NCBI RefSeq assembly: GCF_018977255.1
Contig: NW_024704742.1
Coordinates: 23,810,001 to 23,874,000, forward strand
Direction of reading: 5' to 3'
DNA: 64,000 nt
Source of the DNA: Callorhinchus milii
Taxonomy: Eukaryota
Every line of letters begins with the position of its first letter. The first letter of the stretch is position 1. Positions 49,312 through 61,245 of this stretch are shown piece after piece. The notes under the pieces were generated by a model. It was not told where the DNA came from, did no database searches, and saw only the letters and a list, made by a program, of their open reading frames with translations. The translations under genes and the position numbers were made by a program.

Positions 49312-51814
49312 GTATGCGCAGCATCATTCACGTGCACATATACACTCAGCCATCTGTGTACGCTCAGCAATTGTGTATTGTGCAAAAATACACTCAGCTT
49401 TTCAAAAAGAATAGTGATTTTTTTTTTCTCTCCCTCTAAAGACTATATCAGAACAAGATCTCATGTAGTGAACTTCCTGTTCAAGTATTATTCCATTGGG
49501 TTGAAAGAACCACAGCCAGACTAAGATGCGAGTCTCTAACAGCTATGTGGATCAGCGAAATGAGTTGACGCAACTGACCACATAAACTTGCCCATAACTC
49601 AACGTTAACTGCCACTAAATTACCGCCTTCATTCATTGATGGCTGATTTGGGAAATACAATGTCAAAAGGGCAATGGAAATTCTTCTTCTGAGGTTTGAG
49701 AATAGCCACATTGGGTTATTTTCTGCTGGTCAGTAAATTTGCTGTCCTTGGGAGCTTGTGCTTACAATGCGTTTTTCTTTTCTCCATTATAAACTCACGC
49801 CGACAAGCCTGGTAAATTTATATTGTCGGCTGGTAATTTTACTGAACGGAGAAAATTCTGTCAAAGCAAAGTAGAGAGCATTACATTGTGCTGGGTTCTG
49901 CTTTTCCTGATTGGGAAATGCTAGATGCCGGAACTGATTGAGTATAAAAAGTATGATAATGTTTAGTTCCCCAGCATTCGCACCATTCCCTTGTGGAACA
50001 TAAAATGGTTTTGTTAAACTATGTGCAGTTTTAGCATCCTCCAATACTTTAGTTCATAAAATATCTGCTTGGTATCATACTGAGCCAATCAGACCAGTGG
50101 CCTGAAAATCCACCTACTCTTGGTTCTTTAAGACTCTTTTGTCTTAAAATTTAAGATTGTGCAAATTGTGTGCATTTTTAAATTCATTCTTAATTTGATC
50201 ACTGGTTATTTTTAAGAATTACTGAAAATTGGCTGCCAAATGGGACTGAATTTTTGCACAGCTCTGAGTGGTCTTAAATTTCAAGTCAATAGGTCCCTTT
50301 CCCAGCGTCCACACTGACACGTTCCAGAAGGGGGCGCAGGATAGTGATCAGGTACTGGAACTCTGACTGTTTTCCCCTCCCAAACAAGGGTTAGCATTCG
50401 CCCACAAATACTCAGGCACTCAACTTCACAGTAAATCCTGTCAACACTTTGGGACGCCCCCCCGACGTGAAAAGTGTTATACCAAATGCAAAAAATTATT
50501 ACAACATTATTATAATATTATTATGAGTTGGAGTAAGTGTAGCAAGACTGAGCCTTGTCTGAGTTTGGCTAATTCAATGTAAAAGACCCGAACACCAAGT
50601 TTTTAACCTTGTGCAGGTTCAATGGAACCATCTTAAGATATCGGCATTGATATTGGTAGTGATATATGCCTGTCACTTTCCAGCGACATGATTGTGCCTG
50701 AATTACTGCAGTGATTATGTACACGGTGAAATGGAACTAGCCATTGTGATTTAAACTTCCTAAAGCTGCGTACAAGTGAAATGGGATCTTACTAACAAAG
50801 AGGTCTAATACACAAACTAAATCCTCTCAAATTGCTGTGTAAAAGACAGTTTGGAGTTCAGTGCTGTGGGTTTGGCCCAATTAAGTTCAGGCTTTCTAGG
50901 TATAATAATAATCCTTGCCTTATCACATCATTGAGTTGCCTCAAAGTGCTTCAAAGGACTTACTGTAAAGTGTAGTGACTGTTGTAGTAGGGGAACTTTG
51001 CAACCAAAGTGCACACAGCAATGTCCCACAAACAGCCACAAGGATGAGTTTGAGACACAGCAGCCTCTGATATTAGGAGCCTGGTTTCTTACCCTGGTTT
51101 CTCACACTTGATATGCCACCATCTTTTTTTAAAAAAAAGAAACAAGTTTTTAACCGAGATTTAAATTCTCAGATGCCACAGCGGAATTTTAAACTTTCAA
51201 AATTAGCTTTTGTGATTTTTTTTAAGGCAACTATTTGGCAAAGAGGGTCTTTTTCTACATTGGCAGCCCGAAGCTGTTCCCATCCCAGAAGAGGATTAGA
51301 GACACTGATCTCATTCTGGAGCCTAATTTATGATGATGATGATAATAGTAACAATAATAATGATAATATAATCCTTACATTTGGTATAGTGCCTTTCACA
51401 CTGGGACGAGAACACAAAGTGTTTCACAGGATATACTGTAACTTGCAGTGACTATGCGTTTATGTGGGTGAACATGATTACGGTCATAAGAGAGGTGAAA
51501 AGCCGTCATTTGAGTCTCCTGGGAACGCCTGAGTGGTCAGATTAGAGTTGACAATGTTCTAGAGATGATAAAGTGCCAAAAAAAGGCTTGCCAGGGAGCG
51601 AAGAGCCATTTCCCCACAGCAATCCATTCAGTTATCTCCCTACAGCTAGTCACTTTGCCATCCAGTCTTTTCCGCCACGTTTTTCTAGCTTTTGTGAGTC
51701 ACTTCACTTCCATCCAACTGAGAAGAACCAGGTTAGCACTTCCAATCACTGTGCATATTGCAAACTGAGCCAATTGATGTACGTTCAGTCATCTTATGTC
51801 TAAGTCTTCTTCAG

Positions 51815-51901
51815 GTGGCTCATCCCATGATCCGCAATCAGCTTGTGAGCTACATCTACAATGGATTCCTTGTGCCTGTCATGGCTCCTGCACTTCATAA
51901 G
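51815..51901 (+). CDS. FHIP1A: FHIP1A coding exon 4 (VAHPMIRNQLVSYIYNGFLVPVMAPALHK)
   Basis: tcttcttcag| acceptor; AAG|gtcagt donor; 87 nt, phase 0. Not in the ORF track; read directly. Confidence 0.95.
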
Positions 51902-52789
51902 GTCAGTGGGTTGTTTACTGCAGGACTTTAAGTCACATTCAGAACCCGTAAAATATTCTGGATGATGAACCATTCAATGAGATCTATAAATGCAACCTTT
52001 CTTTTGGAGTTTGCACCTTGGAGTGTTCATAGATAGTTAAACCCATTTTCAGCACAAGATATGAATGATAATGCGTCCAACTCCCTGCTTAACAATGCAG
52101 TGGCTTCTGTACCCTGCTAGACATTATGGGGAGCTGTCTGTCCCTTGAAGAGGCATTAATTGTATATTGGAGCAGGCAATCGTCAGCATACAATGAAGTG
52201 ACACCAAAGTAGTAATAATCTGCACATTTGTTATGGTGCCTTATCACGTCAATACCGCTCAAAGAACTTCAGAGTTTTATCTGTAAGGCAAGGACTGTAT
52301 TGTTAGCTGAACATGACAGCCAATTTGCACATAGCACAAATAGCCAAAATGAAATCAAATCTGGAGGATTGTTGGCATCACACTTGGAGAACTTTTCTTT
52401 TTGATCCCATAACATAAGATTGTTAATGTCCACCTAAACAGGCAGATGCAACTTTGGTTGAAACGTCTCATCCAAAGGACAGCTCTTCCAGCACTGCACC
52501 TGATGAGCTCATAGAAAATTCAGTACAGGGAGGTTATTTGATCTACATGTTTTACTTAGATATCAGTGCGGAACAATAGTTGTCAAATAATAATCTTTCC
52601 TCCTCCTCTATAATCCCACATCACCCATCTCCAAAGGAGGAATATTTAGGTTATGCAGATCTGATTACTTGACAAAAGAAATATCAGCCTAACTCTATTG
52701 GTAGCAGTCTCACCTCTGAGACAGAGGTCATGGGTTTGAACAACAACAACAAATTACATTTGTATAACACCTTTCACGTTGACATGACA

Positions 52790-53102
52790 TCTCAAGGTGA
52801 CATCATGTCATTGAGAAGCCTCAAAGCACTTCACCTAATATATTGTAATGTGGATTGACTGTATTTTTGTGGGCGAAACCCAGCAGGAAATTATGCACAG
52901 CAATGTCCTCCAAACAGTCCTGGATTGAGTGACCCAATTTTTTTTGGAGGGATTATTACCTCCAGAAAGCAATCCGCCAATCAACTAACAACCAGGTTCC
53001 TACTTACTGTGTGTGGAGTAAGGACACTTACGCACCACCCGGGAATTGAACCTGGGTACTCTCAGTAAGTAAGTAGTAAGCATGCTAACCACTACACTAC
53101 TT
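52790..53102 (-). mobile_element. tRNA-derived SINE, long form
   Basis: Shares the central segment cagtaagtaggaacctggttgttagttgattgg with 16737-17085. Confidence 0.7.
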
Positions 53103-53916
53103 GAACCTTATGTTGGGATTTGGGCTCAAAGCCAAACTGACACTCGTATTTTTTGATTGAATGAAAACATGCAAAAATAAAGAAAATCTGTGTGCGCAGA
53201 GAGGAAGGATCAGAAGTAATAACATTATTAATATTTAGATTTTCAGATATTTTCAGATAATGCATATATAAAGCATTTCTGTCAGTGGAGCTTTGGATTG
53301 CTCAGTAACTCTCTATGAGTGGATGTAATCTTTACATTGAATGATATAGAACAATACTGCAAGGAAACAGGCCATTCAACTTGTCTGTATTGGTGTTCAT
53401 ACTCCACATGAGCCTCCACCCTTCTCTATTCCTTTTACTGATAATAATAATCTTTACATTTGTTATGGCACCTTTCATGTCAGAAGAACATCTCAGAGTG
53501 CTTCACAAGATTTATTGTAATATGTAATGACTATGTAATTTGTCTATTACCCCTCTATTTCCTTCTACCTCAAGTCAACATCAATTTCCTTTCAAATATG
53601 TTGATCGTGAAGAGCATTTTAAATGAGGTGATATTTTCAAGGTTATTCTGAGGACACTGTGCATTGGATTTTCCTTGCGCAAAGCATATTGGTCACTGAG
53701 TCCTTTTGTATCACTTGCAGATTGGAATTGATGGACCATAATTTCCTCAGATGTCTAAATGATAATACCTTGTTAAGAGCTACAGTACTAAATCGTGGGT
53801 TTGTGGCACTCAGGCACTCACACTGAGGCAAGGGGTTAGGCTGCCCTTCAGAGGAATGCTGCAGTTACTGCACTTTCATCTCCCGGCTGTCGACGTAACT
53901 TTCCTGTTTGTTTCAG

Positions 53917-54084
53917 ATGACGGTGGAAGAAGTCATGACTACAACCGCGTACTTAGATCTGTTCCTACGCACTATATCAGAGCCGGCACTGCTGCAGACA
54001 TTCCTCAGCTTCATCCTGCTACACGAGCATGAAAATGTCCAGCTCCTTGACACCCTCGTCTGCCGCATTAATACTCCATTTCGG
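53917..54084 (+). CDS. FHIP1A: FHIP1A coding exon 5 ([18 protein letters not shown]...INTPFR)
   Basis: tttgtttcag| acceptor; CGG|gtgaga donor; 168 nt, phase 0. Confidence 0.96.
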
Positions 54085-54109
54085 GTGAGAATCTTACTAC
54101 TTCAACCCA

Positions 54110-54290
54110 CAATCCTCAATCCGCGGCTGTTTCTGGGACACTGCTGTGCGCAATTGGCTGCTGCGTTTTTCCCACAAAATATACAGTCAATTCACTTTAC
54201 AATATATTCTGTGAAGTGCTTTGAGATGTCTCAAAGACGTCTTGAAGACGTGATGAGGCGCTATATTAAATGCAAGGATTATTATTATTG
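54110..54290 (+). mobile_element. SINE 3' half
   Basis: Body and tail of the same family, about 25 nt after the exon 5 donor. Confidence 0.8.
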
Positions 54291-54799
54291 CTTCAACTTG
54301 TGTTGTGTTGTCTCTCACTGCAACTATTTGCCCTGTTACAATACAGTTGGTTGACGAGAACCTGCTTATACTGCAAAACAAAAACAAACCTTTCGGCCCA
54401 TCAGATCTATGTTGGTGTTTTTTACCACACGAGCCACCTAATCAGATCCTGCTCCCCTCCTCAATCCCGTATTCTTTGATATTGCTGTTTTGCAAGCATC
54501 TATCTGATTCCCTTTTAAGAGTAATTTGTGGACTTCTAGAAATAAATTGCATAAAAAAACTTGTGCCTTGCACAAAACCCTGCACCAACTCGAATGCAAA
54601 TGAGTGATTGAGGGAAAACTAAAATTCCCCATTTGTTCCATTAATGTAGTGCAGTACTGGAAAGTACCTAGTTTCTGCTGTCAGCTGATAGCAGCTGGGG
54701 GAGATTGTGAATGTTACAGTTAGCTTCTGTGTGTCCAGGCTGGGAATATGTAGGAGAGCGTAAATCCACTGGAATTCCTATTACTGAACTCCATACAGT

Positions 54800-55540
54800 A
54801 ATTCCTGCTGGGAAATACGTGTGGGTGACCGTCCGACCAGACTTGTCTGATACATTCTTCGCCGGTCTCCCTAATTCCATTATCCATAAGTTCCTGACGA
54901 TTGAAACCTCTGCTGCCCATTTCCTCACTCGCACCAAACTCTGCAGGCTCCAACAAACCAGTCCATACCAGGCTCCACTGTCTCCTAACAGATCAATTTC
55001 AGGGACCTTGCCCTCACCTGCAAATCCCTCCACACCCTAACAACTCCCTATCTCTCTGATCATCTTCTATCCCTCTGTTCATCTCACACCCTCTTGTTGG
55101 CCAGCTCAAGCCTGCTGCATATCCTCCTCCTCCATCAGTGACCAAGCCTCCAGTCACTATGCCATTAACCGCTGAACCCCTGGTTTGGATGCACTGATGT
55201 GAATGTGCATCTGTGACAGCATTGGTGTGGCTCCTCTCCCTCTGGTCCGCTGGCTCCAGCCTCCTGTTTGTCCCTTGTCCCCGCCACTCCACCATCGATG
55301 GCCTTGCCTTCAGCTACTACGTAGCAAAACTCTGGAATTCTCTCCCTTAATCCCTCTGCCTTTCCCCCTCCCTCCGCACTTTGAAATCCCACCTAAAGAC
55401 CTTCCTCGTTGATCGCGGTTACGGTCAACTCCCCCCTTCCTCTCCCTCTGGCTCGGGGTCAGACTCTGCCACTGTCAAGCACTCCAGGACCCTAGCCTGC
55501 GTGAAGGGCGCTATATAAATGCAAATAGTTGTTGTTATGG
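54800..55540 (+). mobile_element. Degraded L2 LINE 3' region
   Basis: Homology to other L2 3' ends; tail gtgaagggcgctatataaatgcaaatagttgttgtt. Confidence 0.7.
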
Positions 55541-55878
55541 TATAAAATTCACAAACTTAACCCTCACACTGGTGCAACCAATTCTCTGAATTGAAAGTCA
55601 CTTATCTGGGTTATTCGGAGTGTAACTGCGCTGTCTGTCTGTGAAGAGATTGGGATGGCAATAAAATAAATTTGTCCCGAGGTAATGATCATCTGCATTT
55701 ACTACATGTGCGTGCGTTCAATGTTATCACTGTAGATGTTACTCTCATGTGCCCCAGAAACCATTACCTTCTTGTTTAGTGGGTGTTGGTCCGTACAGGA
55801 TCCACTGAACTCTAGTTTAGAGAAGTCTCGAGTACTTCCGCTGATCACAAATTGATTGTTTTTTAATTCCTCTGACAG

Positions 55879-55958
55879 TTGTGTGTTGTATCTTTGGCCC
55901 TGTTCAGAACTCTAATTGGCCTGCACTGTGAGGATGTAATGCTGCAGCTGATACTGAG
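55879..55958 (+). CDS. FHIP1A: FHIP1A coding exon 6 (LCVVSLALFRTLIGLHCEDVMLQLILR)
   Basis: ctctgacag| acceptor; AG|gtaagg donor; 80 nt, ends in phase 2. Confidence 0.95.
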
Positions 55959-56549
55959 GTAAGGATGAGGAGTGTTGATCATGTTGTTGAGTAATGAAAC
56001 AGTTGTGGCTTTCCTGAATGATTTTGCAAGATACATTGATACACGTAGATGGGAAAGAGTGCTGAAAGGTCCAGAGACCCTTCAAGTTCACTCCCGGGAG
56101 AATCTGCCTCCATCTTCCCATTCCCCACTCCCACAATATAGTACACCTACACATCTCTCCTGGCGCTGACATATTCTGACGAAATGAACCATTGTATTTC
56201 TTCAAGACATAATTTCCTTGCTTCACTTTTTGTGGGCAAAACTTTCCATCACAAATTTTCTTTCTGCGTCTGTTTTCTGCTCTTATTTTCGTGTTGGTAT
56301 TTTCAAGCGGTTTCTTAAACAAGCCCAGAAACCCGAGGGGAAATAGCTTTCATCTTTGGCAATGACGTAGCTTCTTTGCTTAGGTGAGTGAGATTGCAAA
56401 AGGTAGAAAGGCTAAAACAAATTAGGAGCAAAGAAGAGGAGAGAGAGTTGAACCAGCTTATGTACAAGCACTGCATTTTCCCCAGGTTTCAGAGCTACTT
56501 CACTGCAGCCTCTCTCACGTCAACTAATTCTAGGGCTTGGCTGTTCCAG

Positions 56550-56752
56550 GTACCTAATACCGTGCAATCATATGATGCTGAGCCAGAGGAGCGCAGTTAA
56601 GGAAAGGGACTGCTACTCTGTGTCTGCTGCCAAGCTGCTGGCCTTGACTCCAACCTGCTGTGATCCTGGCATATGTCTGGCCCAGAGAGGACAGGAGGAC
56701 CAATACCAGCTGAGGTCAAAACTCCTGAATCCATCGCACACTGACACTGCAG
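56550..56752 (+). CDS. FHIP1A: FHIP1A coding exon 7 (YLIPCNHMMLSQRSAVKERDCYSVSAAKLLALTP...)
   Basis: ctgttccag| acceptor; G|gtatga donor; 203 nt, phase 2 to 1. Confidence 0.94.
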
Positions 56753-57404
56753 GTATGATTCTTAAACAATAATGGTAATAATCCTTACATCTGCAGTGAC
56801 TGACACAGACCATGTACCATACAAGAGAAGTCTTTAAACTGAACTCGATTGTGTGTGTGTGTGTTTGGCCGGGGAGGGGGGAGGGGGTTGTTGCATGTTC
56901 TGGCGTTCCCCTGAAAATATTCCAGGTGCTTAGATCAGGTGGAAGTACTGTTATATGAAAATTGGAGATCTGTAAAAGAGATTATTATAATAAATGGTGA
57001 AGGAGGGTGGTGATGTTTGCTGAAAAGGGTAGGTCACTCTCTCATTTTTAACTTGAAAGTGGCTTGCAAAATACAAATGTGGGTTGTATCAAATGGAATG
57101 AGGGATATCAAACTGCATACTATTACATGACTATAGAAGGACCGGGAGCAAGAACGCTGGCTGGTTTCTCCCTCCCTGTCCCAAGAAACCTGGTACCAAT
57201 TTAACGTCCCCAGTCAGCTCCAGCTGAGACCAGGAGATTCAGGAAGGACTGGAATTGGAATTCGTGAGCTCCTGTTCCATAAGCTGCAGCTATCTCACTA
57301 CACCCTCGGGGTTGCCCTGTTTACCTTGATTTTTATTCATCAGATCTTTGCTACACTTTAGAAGGGGTGTATTTCTTACGATAGGGGTCCACCGTGAGGA
57401 TAGA

Positions 57405-57782
57405 CAAGAACAACTTGGATTTATATAGTGCCCTCCACACCGGACAGCATCTCAGAGCGTTCACAGTAACAGATCCCAGGGCCGAGCCAGGGGGAGGGGA
57501 AGGAAGGTGATCAAAGGCGCGGTTGAAAAGAAAGGTCTTCAGCCAAGACCTGAAAATAGGAAGCGAGGGAGCGAGGCGAAGGGAGTGAGGAAGGGAGTTC
57601 CAGAGCCTCGGGGCTTAGTGGCTGAAGGCACGGCCGCCGATGGTAGAGCGGAGGATTCGGGGGACAAGGAGGAGGCCAGACCCGGTGGAGCAAAGGCAAC
57701 GGGCACTGTTTTGAGGAGAGAGGAGGTCAGAGAGGTAGGGGGTGCGGAGGAGTGGAGGGATTTGAAGACAAGGGTGAGGATC
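57405..57782 (-). mobile_element. L2 LINE 3' end (minus), fused to the plus-strand L2
   Basis: Minus translation ILTLVFKSLHSSAPP; tail at 57405-57460. Confidence 0.8.
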
Positions 57783-58530
57783 AAGTCCTGGATGAGAGCT
57801 AACTTTCTACAGTTGAATGTCAACAAGACCGAGGTTCTCCTGATTGGCTCCCGTCAGCGCCTCCACACCTCAGGCACTGACAGCATCACCATCCAAGAAT
57901 GCACACTCCACCTTACTCAGCCAGTCCAGAACCTTGGTGTCTTGTTTGACCCTCAACTATCCTTTCTACCATCCGTGCCATGAACCGCACTGCCTTCTCC
58001 CACCTCTGCAACATCGCCCGGCTCTCACACCGCAGGCCGCCGATACCCTCATACGCACATTCATAACATCCAGGTTCGACTGCACAAACTCCTTGTTTGT
58101 TGGCTTCCCCAACTCCTCCCTCCATAGGCTGCAGATCATCCAGAACTCTGCAGCCTGTGTACTCTCCCGCACCAGGCTCCAACCTCTTCCTTCCCTCCGC
58201 TCAGCGGGCTCCAGCCTGCTTCACGACCACCACCTCGCCCGCACGCCCCACTATTGGCAGGCGAGCCTTCAACTACTCTGCCCTCACCCTCTGGAACTCA
58301 TCACGCAATCCCTCCAGCTCGCCCCCTCCTTTGCCTCCTTTAAAACCTGTCTCAAGACCCGCCTCAAGAACCTCTCCTTCGACCCTGCCTTCGGTCACCC
58401 TCCTTCCCCGCCTCCACCCTCCCCGAGCCCAATACCCAGCTCGAGTCCGAAACATTGATTGTCCAGTGCCTTGGGACGTCCTCCCAAAGTGAAAGGCGCT
58501 ATACAAATATAATCTTCTTGTTGTTGATGT
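57780..58530 (+). mobile_element. L2 LINE 3' region (plus), internally deleted
   Basis: IKSWMRANFLQLNVNKTEVLLIG…NLGVLFDPQLSF; closely matches 10414-11260. Confidence 0.88.
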
Positions 58531-59211
58531 TATTGTATTGCCAATCACTGTCCTGCAGCTGTTTGCAAGGGGGCATGAGAGAGACACACAAGTTGTTGCC
58601 AGTTTGTTTCACTTGTTTTGCTGTTCTCCCTGTGGGCACAACTCAGTGCCACTGAATGTTTAGAATTCCAGTGGTTTGAAAGTATTGCTATAATTTTGCA
58701 ACGGATTTGGGATTGTGTCAAAACTTCTGAAGACAAACTACACAATAGGCGTCCAAAGTGCGTGTCTTTTTCTCAATGGGAAAACTTGGTAAGGAATCTG
58801 AGTTGTGCAAGTGGAGTCTCATTCCAAAATACCAGCTCCCGCGGGACCTCAGCTTGGACACTATCTACCTCCAGAGCAGAGATCCTGTGGGTCGACGAGA
58901 ATCCCTTCTGAGGAATGTCGTTCCAGAAATACCGCAGCTTAGATGATTACCACATGATGATTCAACATAAAGGACAGAGATTGAGAAATACTACTCTGGA
59001 GCATCACCTAATGGTCAGCACAAGAATAGAAGAACACTGAGAGCAGGTGCTCATCACCGTGGGCAAAGGAACGTGTGTGGCCCTGCGAGACCCAACTGAA
59101 GGAAGAGGGAATCAAATCTGTAACGTTTTCTTGTGAAACGAGAATAATGTTGCATTTGGTAGAATAAGATGCAAACTGTGCTCTTTATTATTGACGTGAA
59201 ACCTTTTATAT

Positions 59212-59936
59212 GTCAGCCTGACGCAGTGTTAGTAGCACTCTCGCCTTTGAGTCAGAAGGTTGTGGGTTCAAGCCCCACGTCAGGATTTGGAATCACATTG
59301 TCTAAGCTGACACTCCAATGCAGTCCTGGGGTGGGGGGGTTGCGTTGTCGGAGGTGAGACGTCCTTCTGTTGAGTCCCATCTTTAATATCCTTTTCAGGT
59401 ACATGTTTAAAATCCCACGGCACTATTTGAAAGAGAAGGGAGTTTCTCCCAGTATCTTGGCCAACAATCCCCCGAATTAAATTGATCACTCACTCCATGG
59501 CTGCCTGTGAGAAAAGTCGTGCACAACCTGTTATTGCAACCTGTTACCGCGTCTCGCTCACAAAATACACAGTCAATCCACTTTATAGGGCAAAAACAGA
59601 GGTCGCGGGGAACACTCAGCAGGTCAGGCAGCATCGATGGAGAATGGAAAGTGAGTCAACATTTCAGGTCCACGACCCTTTGTCAGAACTGGGGCATGTT
59701 GGGAGGGAGAGACACACCTTTTCTCTCTCTGGTCTGCCTATTTTGTTGCAATTTCTCACCCCCACTCACCTGCCCCCCCACCCCATTTGTTTTGCATTAT
59801 TAACTCTTTAACCCATCATCCCCTGTCCTCTATCCTATTTTCTCCTTTATCTTCCTTGCTCTGCCTCCCCCCTCTCTGTTAGCCCTAAAATGATGTGATA
59901 ATATATCAAATGCAAAGATTGTTATTGATTATTATT
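59212..59936 (+). mobile_element. Deu-domain SINE, near full length, tail split by a Penelope-like insert
   Basis: Head, Deu core and body to 59590; tail resumes at about 59890-59936. Confidence 0.7.
59591..59692 (-). mobile_element. Penelope-like terminal-repeat fragment (second copy) inserted in a SINE; may extend to about 59880
   Basis: Homologous to 2768-2870; interrupts the SINE tail (…aatccactttatagg [insert] …atatatcaaatgcaaagatt). Confidence 0.6.
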
Positions 59937-59974
59937 ACTCACCTCAGGCTGCGAGAAACAACTTGTCTGCGCAG

Positions 59975-60985
59975 AAAACACAGCGAACCAGCATGAAGAC
60001 AGAAAACCATTGGACATCAGTTACCTGCAGTACTTGTGGGAGGCCCGGGTCAATATTACCACTTGTTTAAAGAGCTGCAGAGGCTGGTCTGCACCTTATG
60101 ATGGTGAAAATCCAGAGGCTGAGACCACTGTCCCAGCGCTGCCAGTGGACACCAGCAAACCAGTCGCTCAAGTCCCCGGCAGACCCCAGCACAAAGCAGG
60201 GTCCAGGAGGCACAGACTTAAGATCAAGTCTCCGATGCAGCTGGACCTGGAATGGGACAACAGCTATGACACCGGAATGTCTCCAGGCTCGGATGATGAC
60301 CTCCTGCAGCCTTATCTGCTCCAGGTGCCTGGGAGTGACGTACAATCTACAGAGCCACCAAGGCACATACAGGAGATGAGGAAAAATGCCATCTTGCTGG
60401 TTAAAGGGTCCTACATCGAGGAGTCGGACTTCCAGGATGACATCATGGTTTACAGGCTCTGTGCTGATAAAGATGCTCAGGACGGCGTTGAGTCGAATCC
60501 TCAAAAAGTCAAACCTTTATCTCCTGCGAGCGGCACGGGTCAGAAGGTGCCTGTTACGAATGGGCCCGTCAACAGGACGGTGCAGTGTGCCTCGGGCAGC
60601 ACTGCCTCAGGGGAGCGTCTCACAGCGAGTGGCTGCTCTGAACAGGACGCAAAGACAGAGCAGTCAGGACTGAGAGAACAGAAACTGGAGGAAATGCAGC
60701 AACGGTCCGTACCCAGTGTGAACCAGCGAATCCTGAGCACGGGCGGCGACGATTTCCTCGCCCAGTTTCAGGATCTCCTCACAAAACCCAGCGCTAATCC
60801 CGGCGACACATTGATGATGAAGCTGACCTCATCAGATACCAACATTCCTATGGAAGAAGATGATGACTTTAGGAGCTTCTCCTTGGAGTCCCCATATCCA
60901 GAAAACGTTCCTTCTCCATTCGGCACTAAAGTCCACCTGATCTCCTCTGGAAATCCTGCTCGAGTCCACATAGGCCCATTTACAG
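59975..60985 (+). CDS. FHIP1A: FHIP1A coding exon 8, large and partly disordered (…KPLDISYLQYLWEA…HIGPFT); in-frame alternative acceptor at 59948
   Basis: Open frame with LDISYLQYLWEA, WSAPYDGENP, LEWDNSYDTG, KNAILLVKGSYIEESDFQDD; donor ACAG|gtatgt at 60985. Two phase-1 acceptors (59948, 59975); the 5' boundary is uncertain. Confidence 0.9.
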
Positions 60986-61002
60986 GTATGTTGTCTCTTG
61001 GT

Positions 61003-61245
61003 TAGGAGAGAGTATTTCACACATTCAGTAGTTAGGATATGGAATGCCCTACCTGGAGTGGTAAGTGAGGCATAATCCATATTGGCCTTCAAGAGGGAAC
61101 TAGATAAATACCTTAAAAAGAGATCACTTATGGGGACATGGGGAAAGGGCAGGTATAAGTGGGACTGAAAGGATTACTCTTGCGGGAGCTGGCAGAGACA
61201 CTGTGGACCGAATGGTCTTTTTCTGTGCCTTAAATTTCTCTGGTT
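61003..61245 (+). mobile_element. CR1 LINE 3' end
   Basis: VVRIWNALPGVV…FKRELDKYL segment and ggaccgaatggtct terminal motif. Confidence 0.75.

Larger units (their letters stand above)
41834..60985 (+). other. FHIP1A: FHIP1A/FAM160A1 gene, partial coding span (8 coding exons; 3' end outside window)
   Basis: Exons 41834-41938, 43876-44499, 49153-49311, 51815-51901, 53917-54084, 55879-55958, 56550-56752 and 59975-60985 join in frame via GT-AG introns. The translation matches vertebrate FHIP1A motifs as recalled (DPETCxIVFKNHWAQ, PILEFVV, LDISYLQYLWEA). Confidence 0.95.

Noticed and set aside
52495..52530. ctgatga…gaaa hammerhead-like words (also about 54895 and 56177)
   Set aside because: No stem II or stem I pairing is possible.
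58600..59150. Mixed-composition stretch that looks slightly coding (also 23780-24130 and 38600-38830)
   Set aside because: Frequent stops, no recognisable domain and no convincing splice pair; cannot be supported without a search.
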